From Mobula hypostoma (Eukaryota): DNA of 64,000 nt. The position numbers and the translations under genes were made by a program. The notes beneath the pieces were generated by a model. The model searched no databases. It had not been told where the DNA came from and worked only from the letters and a program-made list of their open reading frames with translations. Shown piece by piece: positions 1-13,311 of this stretch (its first letter is position 1; the number at the start of each line of letters is the position of its first letter). The stretch covers positions 163,556,001 through 163,620,000 of the forward strand of contig NC_086102.1 in assembly GCF_963921235.1 (NCBI RefSeq), given 5' to 3'.

Positions 1-2296
1 AATTTGTTTCTATGGTTGACCAACAGAACTCACTACAACGCACTGGAATATAGTTAGCAATTGTTAACAGCTGGTAAATAAAGATGGCGGGGTCAACAAC
101 ATTATCACCTACTAAGTTCGTGCTCATATAAAAGCCATGAATCTTACTTAATTCCAAATTTCATCACATAACGTGCCTATTTTTTTTAAATAAAACAAGC
201 ATAAAATATTTATTCCACCTCCAACTTTCTTGCCACTTTAATATTCCCCCATTTTTTTCTTCAAGGAGTGCGTTGAAAATCCAGGCCATATTTTGATTGC
301 TGTGAACATGTTACTTATATTTTTTAAATATTTACGCACGGTCGCAGAAAGAGAGATTACAATTAAATACTTACATTAGACATCTTAGCGGATATCTTCA
401 TCTATCCAAATAAACTCAGGAGAAATAAAATTAGGTCGACGGTTTGCACATTTAATTAGATATGATAGAACGAGATTTAATTGGGAATATTTTGACAAGC
501 TTTAATCTAAAGTAGTTGATTCTAATACTGTATCCACATTGCAATCCAGTTTACACACCCCCAATAATTATTTGGGAAAATCCTTGCACAATATTAGAAT
601 GGTTACGTGAATGAAATGTTGCGTTATTGATCTGTAAACGCGAAAATGAGATGGTGCAATTGAATAAGATTTTGAAGAAATCTCGAAATTGTATTCAAGT
701 GTACTTCCAAGCTACTTTGAATTTCATTCATGTCATGATTATCCCCATTCAGTCCTTGTCGTAACTTGTTTAGAAACTCAGCAACCTGGATTACTTGAAT
801 ATATCGAGTTATTATGTTTACAGAATATCCGGGAAGCAAATGCTGGATCGGCATACCAGCATTTGTCGTTAAAAATCAAACAATGTTTTAATGTTTTAAA
901 TCAAATCAGTTTTACTTCCTTCCAATTTACGAATACAATGAATTTTATTTGAATTTCGCCGATAAATCTCAATATTGCGGTGAATTGCAAAATGTTCATC
1001 AAAGTATTGTACAGTTTAATATGTTACATGTCGATGGGGTTAAAAAAAACCGAATTAATTTACAAGAAATATAAAACAGTTGAAGAGGGATTTGTTTTAA
1101 TTTTTTTTACATAGCATAAATCCATGTAAGGAAACAACGCAAGATCAAATTTGCTTCGTCCTGGGTAAAGGAAACAAGGGAAATATGAACAAAGGTTATT
1201 TTTTAAATGCAGTACATAAAATGAAGTACAGGAATGATTTTCACTATTTGCTCATATAGAAATTGCGATTACATTAAAGAAGTAATCTAAGTATACAGCG
1301 TAACAAGTCATTAGTTAGAAAATAGCCGAAAGAGGTTCAATTAAAGACGTCGCATTCAAAACTTCAAAGGAGTTTTCAAATATATTAGCACTTGTTTTGA
1401 AAATAACAATCCAGAACAAAATATTCAAAAGGCAGAGACACCGCCTTTCATATTTTCACTCATAACATAAAGATACATTAAGACGTTTAAATTTGACAAA
1501 TATTTCACTTGAAACCGAAATTTATCTTTAATGATTACATTTGCTTCTGGAAATATGTTACTGCAGAATTTTCTGGTGTAAATCAACAGAACGTTTTTTC
1601 GGTATAAGGATTAAATAATTGGTTATGAGCATGATTGTAAATTCGCTGCGATTGATATAGCATTGGTATGGCGTCCCGCCGCACACAGTCTGCGCGTATC
1701 TCTGTTGCAAATAATCTCTAACGGGCATTGACATAAAATTGACTATACCTTCAATCATTAGATGATTGTTGCTAGTATATGCGATTACCATTTGAACCCA
1801 TTCATAATGTGACAAAACATTGAAATGTAAATAAATATCGCTGTACGTCAAGAAAGCTAAGGTCAAACTTTACTTAATGTCAGCTTTCGGGTCTAAACGT
1901 GTTATCAGTTGTAGTCGCCATTTTATCTGTATACTGTGAGACCTCCCGTAATTTATCTGAATTCACTAAACATTCTTTAGACAAAAAATGAGCATTATTT
2001 TGCATTTCCTACGATGTCGCTTGTGAAAACAATCCAGCACGGTAACACAAAACAAATAAGCGAACGTGGAACACTCAAATGAGTGTTCTATTTGATCGCA
2101 TGTGGTGATGAGTCACATCAAGCATTTCAGCAAAGTTTTGCAAAACACCTCATGAAACTTGTCGTTTGAAGATTTTATTTTGGTTATAAATCCGAAGATG
2201 TTGCTTTACCGTCTCCCACGTTCATTAGCTTCCGTTTTAAAAGACCAACATATATAATTTACAATGCGCCATTGTTGGCTAGTAACGTCTGCGCAA

Positions 2297-2547
2297 TTAA
2301 GGTATATTTTCTTTGACTTTGGAAACCACTTTTTTCTCTTTGACTCTTCTGTTCTGAAACCAAATGGTGACTTGTCTTTCCGTAAGGTTGGTAGCTGAAG
2401 ATATCCTTCTTCTTTTTTCCTTGGTGATAAATTTGTTAGTGGCATATTCTCGCTCGAGTTCTTTAAGCTGGGTTTTCGTATAAGGAACCCTTTTCTTCCT
2501 CCCTCGCCTGTAAATGTTTATATCAGTCTGATTGTGCATCACATCTC
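2297..2547 (-). CDS. hoxd13: Homeobox D13, exon 2 (homeodomain)
   Basis: Translates (G)[82 protein letters not shown], a paralogy-group-13 homeodomain. Acceptor TTTCACCCCCCAG at 2560-2548, phase 1, matches exon 1. Stop TAA at 2299-2297. D-cluster identity from synteny with evx2 and lnpk. Confidence 0.97.
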
Positions 2548-2889
2548 CTGGGGGGTGAAATGCAAACTATGAGAACAAGCTTCAAACAGCTGCAGTTGGA
2601 AGGGTGTGGGGAATAAAAGGGGGACGATAGAGAGAGGGTTAAAAAAGAAGTCAAAATGACAACTCGCAGACCTTTGTCTATTTGGTACACTTGATAATTT
2701 TTGAGCCATTTAAACATTCAGTCCAACACACATCTGAATATATTAATTCTGATATAGGAGTTCCATGCATTGTTCATTCTACATATTACAAAGAAACAAA
2801 GCACTAAATGAAAGTTTCTTCTATATTCTTTGTTTTATACTAAAAATGAGTTTAATATATTTTTTTCCTGTGAAAATATTTCATGATAC

Positions 2890-3574
2890 CTGAAAGAGGC
2901 GATTTCCAAAAATGTGAAGACTGCGTCTGATCTTTAGGGCAGTACACTTGACCATTCCACCCACTAGCAAATGTCCATGGCTGGTAACCCTCCATGGATA
3001 ATAAGGCTTCATGCCTAGGCTCTCCGTGGCCACTTATGGTAGGGACTACTGGAACGTCCAAATAGCTAGAAACCCGTTGGTATGGATTAGGGTAACTTTG
3101 ATAAAATGCAAATTCTTTAGCTCGGTTTGCTACCTCGTCAGTTGGGACAGGACTGTTGGTGAAACTCGAAACATCCGTGTATTTGTCCACCGGGTAACCG
3201 GCTAGGGATACATGAGTACTAGATTTCAGTCCAGTTTGCTGTACGCCAACATTTCGACAACTGTAATAGCTGCTTCCAAAATGATAACCGTAGTTGAAGG
3301 CTGGGTTTGGAGGGCTAGTAGGAGCTGGACATGGGTTGCATTGCTTGGCTGATTCAGAAATGACAGAATGCGTACGATCTCCGCCTGAGTAAGCAGGTCC
3401 CGAAGATAAAGAGTTGTGATGAGCTCCAAATGCAGTGGGAGATAGAAAATTCCTGCATTGATTTGAAGGGACGTTCCCACCCAGTCCTTCCATCTCCGAC
3501 TTATTCGTGTTGTTTCTGTTGTGCAGGTATCTGATGGTATCAGTCCTCCAAGGGGCTGACAGAAGAGCTGTCAT
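2890..3574 (-). CDS. hoxd13: Homeobox D13, exon 1
   Basis: Hox13 N-terminal motifs [46 protein letters not shown] and HFWKS. Donor TCAG|GTATCA after 2890. First ATG at 3574 gives 311 aa; the alternative ATG at 3493 (MEGLGGN) gives 284 aa. Confidence 0.95.
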
Positions 3575-3599
3575 ATCACGACCCACTGCAAACTAAGTA

Positions 3600-3710
3600 C
3601 TGCTTTATAAAAGCAGTCCTGGGAATGAGAAGAGGTGCTTATTTTCACTGATTAGAATGTGCTTTGCGCGAGTGAAACGCGATAGGTTGATTCTGACCAC
3701 GTGATATGCT
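3600..3710 (-). promoter_or_regulatory. hoxd13 proximal promoter (TATA box and E-box)
   Basis: TATAAA on the - strand at 3609-3604, 30 bp upstream of the first ATG; palindromic CACGTG at 3698-3703. Confidence 0.55.
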
Positions 3711-4629
3711 GCAACTGAGCTGGCTTCAGTACTAAGAGCACTCCTTAAAATCATCGGTATTTTCCCCAAATTAATTCATATTAAATAACCAATGCTGTTG
3801 ATGTACATTAAAACTAGTATTGTGGTTTTTTTCGTCAGTATTGTAACCAATGCAATTTAGTCGAAATTTATATGAGATATTATTGATAAATTGTAAAATA
3901 TATCCTTTAATTAACGGGTGTGGTATATGTACAAATATTAAGTACATTAAGAATTCTTTAAGAGAGTTTTCAGTTAAAATGAAGCATTGGAGATTTTTCG
4001 GAAAATTGTAATTTCCGTTTAGAAATCTGAATGTGTTGTCATGGTCATCATGGGATTGACAGAATGGGGAACAACGATGAAGACATCTCGGTAACAACCT
4101 TTTTAGCATCAAAGTATGTTGTTCGTGATAACAGATATCTATCTTAACTATAAAACCAGCAAGAAATAGATTTTAAATTCATATATTCTCTTTCTGTAAT
4201 TACATCTTTAGGCGACCACTTTTACATTGGCTTACGTTCAGTTATGTAAAATATCATATTTTCAAAATTCTCAGCGGAAGCTACTCAGACCTATACCTTT
4301 TTCTCACTCGGAATTGCGTGTTTTTGTATTATACAATTGCTTATTGGTGTATTTTTTTCCCATATGAGGCTAGGTTTATATCTTGTGTCGACCAAGCAAA
4401 GATATTGCAAATTGCCACCGCCCCGACAGCAATCTGGCCATGTCTGAATTTCCAATTATTTATGTCAAGCAGACGAAAATATTATCTCATGTTGTTTCGC
4501 AACAGGTCCTGTTGTTTAGCAATGACCAGAAAATATCTAGCGTTTAGTTGAAGTCTAGCACAATTCCAGTACCCGGTTCGTTTCACTCCATGGTTATCTC
4601 ACACCTTATGACCGAAACATTTAAATGTA

Positions 4630-5026
4630 CAGTACTGCGCAGAAGTCATAGGCACAAGTAAACAAAAAATTTGCAAAGCGAAGATGCTTTCAAAAATAAT
4701 GCATTGAAGTTCCTTAATATAAGAAATTTATAATAAAAAGCAGTAAATAGTAAAAAAAACTAAATCAAATCAATATTTGGTGTAACGACCCTTTGCCTTC
4801 AAAAATGCATCAATTATCTTAGGCAGTTTTATAAGAAAATCGTCTGGTAGGTTGTTCCAAGCATCTTAGAGAACTTGCCACAGTTTCTCTGCAGACTTTG
4901 GCTGTCTCGCTAGCGTCTGTTTCTCCAGGTAACCCCAGACTGCCTCGATGATGTTGAGATTAGGACTCTGTGGATGCCATACCATCTGAAACCATATAGG
5001 GTGCCTAAGACTTTTGCACAGTGATC
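4630..5026 (-). mobile_element. Non-autonomous Tc1-family DNA transposon (internal deletion derivative)
   Basis: Left end TA|CAGTACTGCGCAGAAGTCATAGGCAC and inverted right end GTGCCTAAGACTTTTGCACAGT at 5001-5022. The - strand encodes VWHPQSPNLNIIEAVWGYLE, the Tc1 WPxxSPDLNPIE motif. Confidence 0.85.
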
Positions 5027-5522
5027 GAATAAGTCTTGTTATATGGAATAGAATATCTTAGATGATGGCTATATAACAACAGTAAAGCATGATGTAAACA
5101 TCTATCTAATTCTCTACCACAATTACACCACACATCACGTTGGGAAAACTAAATGTAACATGTACATACGCTCTTTAGATGTTATTTGTGTGCGCCATGA
5201 GATTTACATTCACTTCTTGACTTACGAAAACGAAGATTGATACAGATATTTAAATAATAGGTACAAGAAGCAATAAGAATAACATTTAATAAATGCTAAA
5301 CTGATAATGGCAAGAGATGAGACTCCGTTACCCAGTTTCAGCAGGAACCCGGTCACCTGACGATTCCAGAGAATGTTTTCCGATCATCTCGGAAGTTAGA
5401 ATCTGTGCACAAGAAATTCGCTGATCATGTTACCAAACAAGATTTTTTAAAATTTTAATTTGAATCCTGGCGTATTTTTCAAAAAGCCGAAGAGCAGAAT
5501 GAAAAATAATATGTTATTACTT

Positions 5523-5569
5523 ATTGCTTGGATTTCCAGCATCTGCCGATTTTCTCTTGTTTGTGATAA
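5523..5569 (+). mobile_element. 47-bp Penelope-like terminal fragment with TSD
   Basis: TTGCTTGGATTTCCAGCATCTGCCGATTTTCTCTTGT matches the termini of the other Penelope copies here. Flanked by GTTATTACTT at 5513-5522 and 5570-5579. Confidence 0.75.
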
Positions 5570-8500
5570 GTTATTACTTCACAGAGACAAAGCAGATTTT
5601 CCTTCCCAGATTCCGTGATAAGGAAATACAAGTGGAACTCATGGTTTGGCACTAAATTACATGCATTGATTTCAGTAAATCCTTTTGGCTTTCAGTACTT
5701 TCTTCTTTACAAAGATACACGTTTCCTGTACTGACTATGTTCTTCGTTAATATTTAGAGAAACAGCCCGAAAAGCGGTTTTAATAATTTGAGAGAAGTAT
5801 TGCAGAACAGTGAGTTCCAACTTATCATAATTTGTACTCAAATACTATTTTAAAAGCGCAACACATTTGTTTAAGAGCGCACGAATGACATCTCATCAGA
5901 GAAAAGAAAATATATAAAGTGAGTTGCTCCTACTTTCATAGTGAAGAAAATGTAAGATAATATTTGCTTTCGGACAGCTGCTGTTATTTAGAATTCCGGG
6001 GATTGGATTAAAATAGAAGTCGCCCTCTCAAGTTGCTCGCATCTCTGGAATGCAGACAAAGGGGTTCTTGCCGGAAGTAGATCAAGGCCAAGGTCAAGGT
6101 AGAGAGGGGGTGGGGTAGGGGGATACAGAGAGAAAGAAAGAGAGGGATCAAGACGGTAAATAGTGGTTTAAAGCTGTTGAACAGCTCGGTAGGAATCACT
6201 CAAGAATCTGAAAATCTGACATTAGCTGTGATTTGTAATTGGAAAAACGTGATATTTTAATATGTCAAATCACTGAAAACAATTATTTGCATCGAATTAT
6301 GTAACATGAAGCTCTAATTTACTTACAGGGGGTGTGTTAGTGTGCTCACTCAATTCGCTTTAAAACTAAATCGCCATTTTCATAAGCACGTTGAGTGAGA
6401 TTCATGTTGGATTTCACCCGAAGGCCCATCATCAAATTTCAGAGCAACGAGAAATCGGAATAAATGTGGCCTTACGGCATCGTCCGCATCTAAAACAGAC
6501 TAAAAATGCAGAGTCTACTCGTATAAACAATTTGCATTTTATTTAAGCGTTTGGACAATATTTTCTTGCAATGTGCTGATTGTATTTAGGGAGTAAAGGT
6601 AACGTTTAATCGTTCTACATAAACATTAAAGGCATTTATTGAACCATATTTTGATCCACAATTATTTTCTTTAATTTTTTCACATTCTTGTGGAAAATTT
6701 AACACAAACTTTTCATTGTTGATTTGTGAACTGTGCTTGGAATCCTAGTTGGGGTTTTTTTTTCGAAGTATAAAATTTTGTTTATTTTATATTGCATTCG
6801 TACTGGTGTTAGGTTTTACTTCGGTGTTGGGGTGAGTGAAAGTAGAATTAAGAAGTTTTTTGTGTAAAATATTTGCTGTATGTTATTCTGAATGGCAAGA
6901 TTCATAGAGAGATTCCTAAGCCTAACGTATTAATAATATTTTGGTTCAAAATTATACCAGTGGTAAGTGTAATATATGCTTAAAAATAGACATCATTCAC
7001 TATTAAGTATCAAGAATTCTGATTTGAGACTATGTTAGGTATTTCTCTAATTATACTCAGAATTCTTCGGCAAGCTAGATTGATTTTGAATTATTTCAGC
7101 CTGTCATTAAAGTAATTCGATGCAATTTAATGCGTAAGTATGTTAAAACATATTAAAATCTAGAAGTACTGTATCTACTTTACGTAGTTACCGGTACCAG
7201 ATACTTGTTTATGAATAACAATCAATTAATAGAATATATATACAGATATGCAGACTAAGAGGTTATATGAGCTCCGTTTGACTTCACGTTCTCATAAAAT
7301 TGTCGTTTTTTGTCAAACACAATGGCTAATACTAATACCTGAATAAAACCAGATTACTGAACTTCTTTATTTTGTCAGTAAAAAGTAACGTATTATCAAT
7401 GCGTGAGTATCCAGTGTGCAAATTGAATTACACAATATATGTGATTGAAAATAAACTCTGGACAATCCCTGCTATGAAATCCATTTTATTTGCAACATTT
7501 CTGTTTTACATCGATAATAACTTACTCATATAACGGGCTTACAACTAAACTGGATTTACTCCATCAACAATAATCAAGATAACGAAATATATCTTTACTC
7601 TAATGTCATTAGCAACCAATTAAACGCTTAAAATGAACACTCTTGTTTCGACTTCTATGCGTGTGTTCCAGTTAGAACTACGGAAGTAATTTACTACACT
7701 GCAAGCTGCAAAACTATACTCTCTGCTCTGAGTCTACCAAATACTTCAAAGCTTTGTGTCTGTGTGGAAGATAATGTGGAAATTTTATAGACCCCCATTA
7801 TTTAATCAAAAAACACAATTAAAAATATTCTTTAAATAGTACACTCTTCCTTCGCACAACAACCACATTCAAATCGCCACACTGTTGTGGGGATCAAACA
7901 GGCCAAAACCCAGCTTACAGAATTATTGTATTAAAATGCACGCCTGTTTCCAATTCCAGGTCTTCAAATTGAGTTTACAATAATGTATGAGAAGAGTAGA
8001 TTTCGTAAAGATAATATATCTTGTATAAAAGTAAATTTACCTCTACAGGTACCAGCGTAATCTAATCTCAGAACACAATACTGTAGTTTCATTAGGTAGA
8101 AAGAAAACTTATCAATAAGCAGAATGTCCCGGGATAGTGCATGGGATTCAAATACATATATAAAATGCAAAATATGTATTCATGCCTCCAAATTAGAATG
8201 CTTATTAGTTAAGCAAATGCACGTCCAATATGTATTCTAACGAATTTTAGAATTCTGAAATCAGGTGTTTTATTCTGTATAGTACAAGGAAGTATCATTC
8301 CTGCCTCCGTTCTATTCGACAGAGGTGTAGCGAATAAATAAATAAATTCCACTGCCCACTATTTAAAATTAGTTAACTTGAATGTTCAGGTTGTTTTGGT
8401 AATGTTGTATTTAAACATTCATTCTAATGTACTATTAGGTCTAACAATATCCTATAGGACATTGCATCCATTAAAACTTTAATAACTAGGAATTCGGTGT

Positions 8501-9442
8501 CATCATGAACAGCACTGGCGCGCAGATATTTACTTTTGCACTATTCCATGGCCTTCGCAGTGGTAAAACGGGAGCTATGAACACACGTAGCCTTCAGAAG
8601 ATTGTACGTGTCATGGTTAATTGGATCGAACTGCAGATCTCATTCGGTACTCATTTTAAAGTAGCCAATGCTTACTCTTTTTTTCTTTTTATAAATGATG
8701 GAAAATATAGTTTGTCATAATGTAATTATACAGTGGCGCTACGTGGAGAGCTTGCAAATTGGTCTAATTTCAAGGCGGTAAATCTGATTGTCAGTTTTTA
8801 ATACGTATAAAAGTCGCCCAGAAAATCTGTAATAGAAAAAGAAGTTGACAGGATGGGCCCAAGAAGTGGGGTTATTATTGTATATTCTTCAATATCTGTA
8901 AGAATTGCTATTCAGCAATGGGGTGTTTATTGCATGAACTATATTCCAAGCATCCTTGAAGGAAGAAGACCTAAAAGTTTTCCACGTCATTAATAGTCTA
9001 ATAGGGGGTTAAAAAAGGTACGAAGGACGTCAAACAAAATTCTCATACTCCATTCTATGTAATGTGGAAGCCTTCCCGCTAGTTGACACCTTCTCCCAAC
9101 ACTAACATATAAAGAGTGTCCGAATATTCACTTGGCAATACTGTTCAACACTAGGGCCATACTGTTTTTAAATTACCTGCTCTGGACATAAAAGGTGACT
9201 CCAAAATAGAGTTCATTTTGTTAAGGGTGGTACATAAACGCAATGCTTTGAATCAGACGGTACATTGGCAGCAATATTTGACCTTTGGTATGCAATGGAA
9301 AAAGGTATTAACTGACCAGCATTTCATTCGAATGCTTTTAATTGTAATTACCTAATGAACCGAGTTTTAAACATCAGGTTATTGTATCGTTTACTATGCA
9401 CGTAAACCATTTCTCTAGATATTCACAGCAAATATTGGCATG

Positions 9443-10731
9443 TAACATACACAAAATTATGGAGGAACTCAGCAGAGACAAGAGAAAATCTGCAGTGCTG
9501 GAAATCCAAGAAACACACACAAAATGCTGGAGGTTCTCAGCTGGCCAGGCAGCATCTATGCTAAATAGTATAGACGACGTTTCGGGAAGAGACCCTTCAG
9601 CGGGACTCAAAGAGCCTTGGCCCGAAACATCGACCGTTTACTCTTTTCCATAGGTCCTGCATCGCCTTCTGAGTTCCTCCAGCATTTTGTGTGAGAAACT
9701 CAGAAGGTCGGACAGCGTCCACGAGGGGTGATTGGTAAGTTCTTGGCCTAAGGTAGAAGGAGTCAATTTTAGAAAACCTAGCACATTTATTTTTCAACAT
9801 AGTCCCCTCCTACATGTACACACCTAGTTCAGCGGTCATGGAGCATACGGATCCCTTCTTTGTAGAAGTTAGTGTCTTGGACCTCCAGTAAGTGGTCCAC
9901 AGCAGGGGTGATTGATAAGTTCGTGGCCTAAGGTAGTTGGAGATAAGTTATTAACTTCAAACTTTCCGCATAATCACTCAAAGAGTTGAACTACATGTGC
10001 ATGTAACGAGAGCTGTATAACTCAGGCCCGCAATCAATTCATCCAGGTGAGGCAACAGCGAATCTGTTGGGGTCTTCTACTGTACCCGGTGCTCCCGATA
10101 TGGCCTCCTTTACACTGATGAGATCCGAGGTAGATTGGAGGACGTCTTTACGGAACACCTTCGTTCCATCCTCAAAAAAAAACCAAGAGTTTCAGGTTTT
10201 AATTCCAATCCGCATTCTTATTTAGATATGTCGGCCCATAGGTTCCTCTATCGTCATGATGAGGCCACTCTCAGGTTGGAGTTCCGATACCTCTTGTTCC
10301 CTCTGGATAACCTGATGGTATGAATATCGATTTCTCTAACTTCTGGTCATTTTCTACCCTCTCCCTTCCTTCTTCTTCCATTCCTCACTCTGCCTCCCTC
10401 CTTACCGCTTCTCTTCCCCAGGTCTGCCTATCATCTCCTCCTTCCCTTTCTCCAATGGTCTCCTATCAGGTGCCTTCTTCTCCAGTCCTTTACCTTTTCC
10501 ACTTCACCTCCTAGCATCTTGCTTCATCCCTCCCACACCAATCTAGGTTCGTCAATCACCTTCTAGCGTGTACTCCTTCCCCTTTCCGCACCTGCTTATT
10601 CTGGCGTCTCTCCGTCCCCCCCCCCCCCCCGCCCACCCCCCACCTTCCTTTCAGTCCTGAAGAAAGGTCTCGGCCGAAACATAGTTGCTGTCTGACCTGC
10701 TGAGTTCCTCCAGCATTTAGTGTGTGTTGCT
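9443..10731 (+). mobile_element. Decayed Penelope-like element (GIY-YIG remnant, inverted pseudo-LTRs) with nested insertions
   Basis: From ~10058: ESVGVFYCTRCSRYGLLYTDEIRGRLEDVFTEHLRSI...FNSNPHS...DEATLRLE...GMNIDFSNF, a GIY-YIG remnant with the Cys/His insert. A pyrimidine-rich 3' region follows, with a degenerate hammerhead CTGAAGA..GAAAC at ~10657-10680. A nested palindromic pLTR unit lies at ~9477-9693. Confidence 0.85.
9721..10023. mobile_element. Mariner-like non-autonomous element fragment nested in the Penelope element
   Basis: ACGAGGGGTGATTGGTAAGTTCTTGGCCTAAGGTAG at 9721, repeated directly at ~9904. Resembles mariner TACGAGGG termini. Confidence 0.5.
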
Positions 10732-10811
10732 ACAGATGCGAGACATACATATCTGGACATAAGCAAATTAGGTGTAAAAACACAGATACAAATGAGATCT
10801 GATTATTCTCA

Positions 10812-10927
10812 GAGCGGTAACCTCGTTGGTAGTACCAGCGACACGGGTTCAATTCTGCCCCTGTTTATAAGGATTTTGCACGTTCTCCCCGAGACTGGGT
10901 GCTCCGATTTCCTCCCACATACCAAAA
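10812..10927 (+). mobile_element. tRNA-derived V-SINE fragment
   Basis: B-box-like GGTTCAATTC at 10846-10855, followed by V-domain-like GGGTGCTCCGATTTCCTCCCACA. Confidence 0.65.
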
Positions 10928-11301
10928 AATATTCTGCAGCCAACTTCCTTTCCTCATTAGCTTTAATGATTCTGACAAAGAATAATAAAATTAAATACTA
11001 GGAGGGAGGGGAAAACTGACTATAAAAAGAACATTTTCTAGAGCAGAAAAAGGAAGGCAAGTTTTAAAAACTAAATTGATTATGTTACAGAAACAAAATC
11101 CTGTAACCAGCGTCACTTTATGTACATACAATTAATCTATGTATTTAAGCTATCTTATATTTTTTATTTTTATTGCCTTTTCATTATTCTGTTCTTCATC
11201 TTACTTTATTGTGCTGCATCCGATGCAGAGTAATAATTATTTCCTTCTCCTTTATACTCTTCTACTGGAAATGACATTAAACAATCTTGAATCTTCAGTC
11301 T

Positions 11302-11382
11302 TGAAACTCAGCAGGTGAGGAAGCAGCTATGGAGGGGAATAAAAACAGTCGTCGCTCCGGGCGTGACCCTTCACCAGGACTC
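11302..11382 (-). mobile_element. Old Penelope pseudo-LTR fragment
   Basis: GAAACTCAGCAGG...CTATGGAGGGGAATAAAAACAGTCGTCG...GACCCTTCACCAGGACT, a diverged copy of the hammerhead-bearing terminus. Confidence 0.6.
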
Positions 11383-12947
11383 TGCATAAATTGATTATGC
11401 TCGCCGGATTTGTTTGATCAATTGTCTTTGCAATAACATAATGAGATGATTTCCTTTATAATTGTATATAGTATTTGAGATTAATATATCATTGAGTTAA
11501 ACAATACTGAGCAGAATTGCTATAATGTTATCAACCGAACTCCCGCAGGAACACAAATGGAAATTCTACTTTTGTTTACGAAATCAGTGAGAGTATTATA
11601 GTGGAACTATATAATTATTAAAATTCAAAACAGGAAGAGAATAGCAAATACTCAGGGTGGAAATAATCCTGAAGCAAAATTAGACATTGAACAGATTAAC
11701 ACAGAGATAGATAGGAATACAGATACATACATACATTCAGGCGGACATACCTGCATGTATATATACATAGATCGATTGATTTGAAGATAATTTGAATATT
11801 CATTCGAAAACACTGTTCCATAATAAGACAGTGCTTTCAAATTATCTGCTCTACGCAAAAGATGACTCCGTAAAGAATTCATTGTTTTTGAAGTGTCGCT
11901 GGAAGCGTTTAAGTCCTTTATAAATAAATAATTCTAATCAAATGTCGCATTGTCTAGAAGCTTTGGCCTTGATTTGACCTTGAGTTATACATCTGACAAT
12001 CACTGATTCAAGCGATTCTCTTGTAATTGGTTAGTATCTAACACTTTTCGAGTACTGCTAAGTTTACCGTGTAGGAATTTTTTCTTTATATGCACAACAG
12101 GTGTATGTTATTTTGTGTTTTGTATTTCAGAAACTTCGTCATGAAAAACCTCACAGAAAAATACATTTGATTCTTACGTTTTCCCTGAAATCGAGTACAA
12201 GGTAGACAGACGGATAAATCGAAATCAATCGATCGATCGATCAATCAATCAATCAAGAGATAAGTATATGTTGTAATTTAAATAGAACCTGGATTTATTT
12301 TGTATTTTTAGAATTTAAATGCGTTATGTAAACGTACATTCGTCTCCAGCTATTAAATTCTGGCTTATACATATTTCAACGTGTTTTAGAAAAACAAGGT
12401 TAAAACTGTTTTGAATGCACACCGAATGCCATGTAGCGCCTTCACAAAAGTTGCCAGTTTTATTAAAATTGACATGCAGTACAATGAGGTATTTCAAATA
12501 ATTTCAAACCTGAAAATAAAATCATTCAGCTGAAAAGTCCTATACAACCCCTGCCAATATTATCATTTTGTCACTAAAGGTAACGATCAGAAAATCAGTT
12601 TCTTCATTCGAAGTAGTCAAGTATTTGTTACATTTTATGGTTTACAGATAATTATTTTAGCAAATCAAACAATATCTCCATTAAGAATTAAATGCATAGT
12701 GTAACTATTCCTTGTTCCCTACTTTTAGCAAAATCAACCCGTTAATATCATTTAACGCAAACAAAACTAAATCTTACAGTCTAGTCAAATCGTTTTATCA
12801 CACAGTTGTTTGAAGAATGAAAATGATCTGTGTTGAATCATCTATGTCCATGTATATTTGAAGAGACACAATTAGCCATTGCGTCCTAGAAACGATATTT
12901 TTGTAACTGATAAAGCCATGCTTCCTTTGAATAAAAGTGTTCCCCTT

Positions 12948-13037
12948 TCAGACTCGAGAGCAGCTTGGATGCATCGGTTGTTGCACACGAAGAAGCTTTT
13001 TTTCTTTTTGTCTCTGGTTTTGGAACCATATTTTTAC
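12948..13037 (-). CDS. hoxd14: Homeobox D14, exon 3 (helix 3 and C-terminus)
   Basis: TTTTCAG|GTA AAA ATA TGG TTC CAA AAC CAG AGA encodes VKIWFQNQRQKEKKLLRVQQPMHPSCSRV*. WFQNQR is the vertebrate Hox14 signature. Confidence 0.95.
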   Translation of the reverse strand, partial: VKIWFQNQRQKEKKLLRVQQPMHPSCSRV

Positions 13038-13186
13038 CTGAAAATAGAAGCAAAATTTAATAAAACAAAATATGGCAAATATGAACGGAAACAACAGGAA
13101 TTCTGCAGATGCTGGAAATTCAAGCAACACACATCAAAGTTGCTGGTGAACGCAGCAGGCCAGGCAGCATCTCTAGGAAGAGGTAC

Positions 13187-13222
13187 AGTCGACGTTTCAG
13201 GCCGAGACCCTTCGTCAGGACT
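13187..13222 (-). ncRNA. Minimal type I hammerhead ribozyme motif (sense to hoxd14 pre-mRNA)
   Basis: The - strand reads AGUC-CUGACGA-AGG GUCUCGG CCU-GAAA-C-GUC|GACU: both core boxes intact, stem I AGUC/GACU, stem II AGG/CCU, palindromic ACGU stem III, GUC cleavage triplet. Confidence 0.8.
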
Positions 13223-13275
13223 AACTGAAGGAAGAGTGAGTAAGGGATTTGAAAGTTGGAGGGGGAGGGGGAGTT

Positions 13276-13311
13276 AGTCCTGACGAAGGGTCTCGGCCTG
13301 AAACGTCGACT
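13276..13311 (+). ncRNA. Minimal type I hammerhead ribozyme motif (antisense to hoxd14)
   Basis: AGTC CTGACGA(13280-13286) AGGGTCTCGGCCT GAAA(13300-13303) C GTC GACT. Confidence 0.8.

Noticed and set aside
8725-8745. CTCF-like CAGTGGCGCTA (similar at ~7874 and ~12430)
   Set aside because: Spacing and 5' half do not fit the CTCF core.
9477-10731. Hammerhead copies at ~9572-9607, ~9610-9635 and ~10652-10685 as functional ribozymes
   Set aside because: Core or cleavage site mutated (CCGCTGA, missing CUGANGA box, lost stem I).
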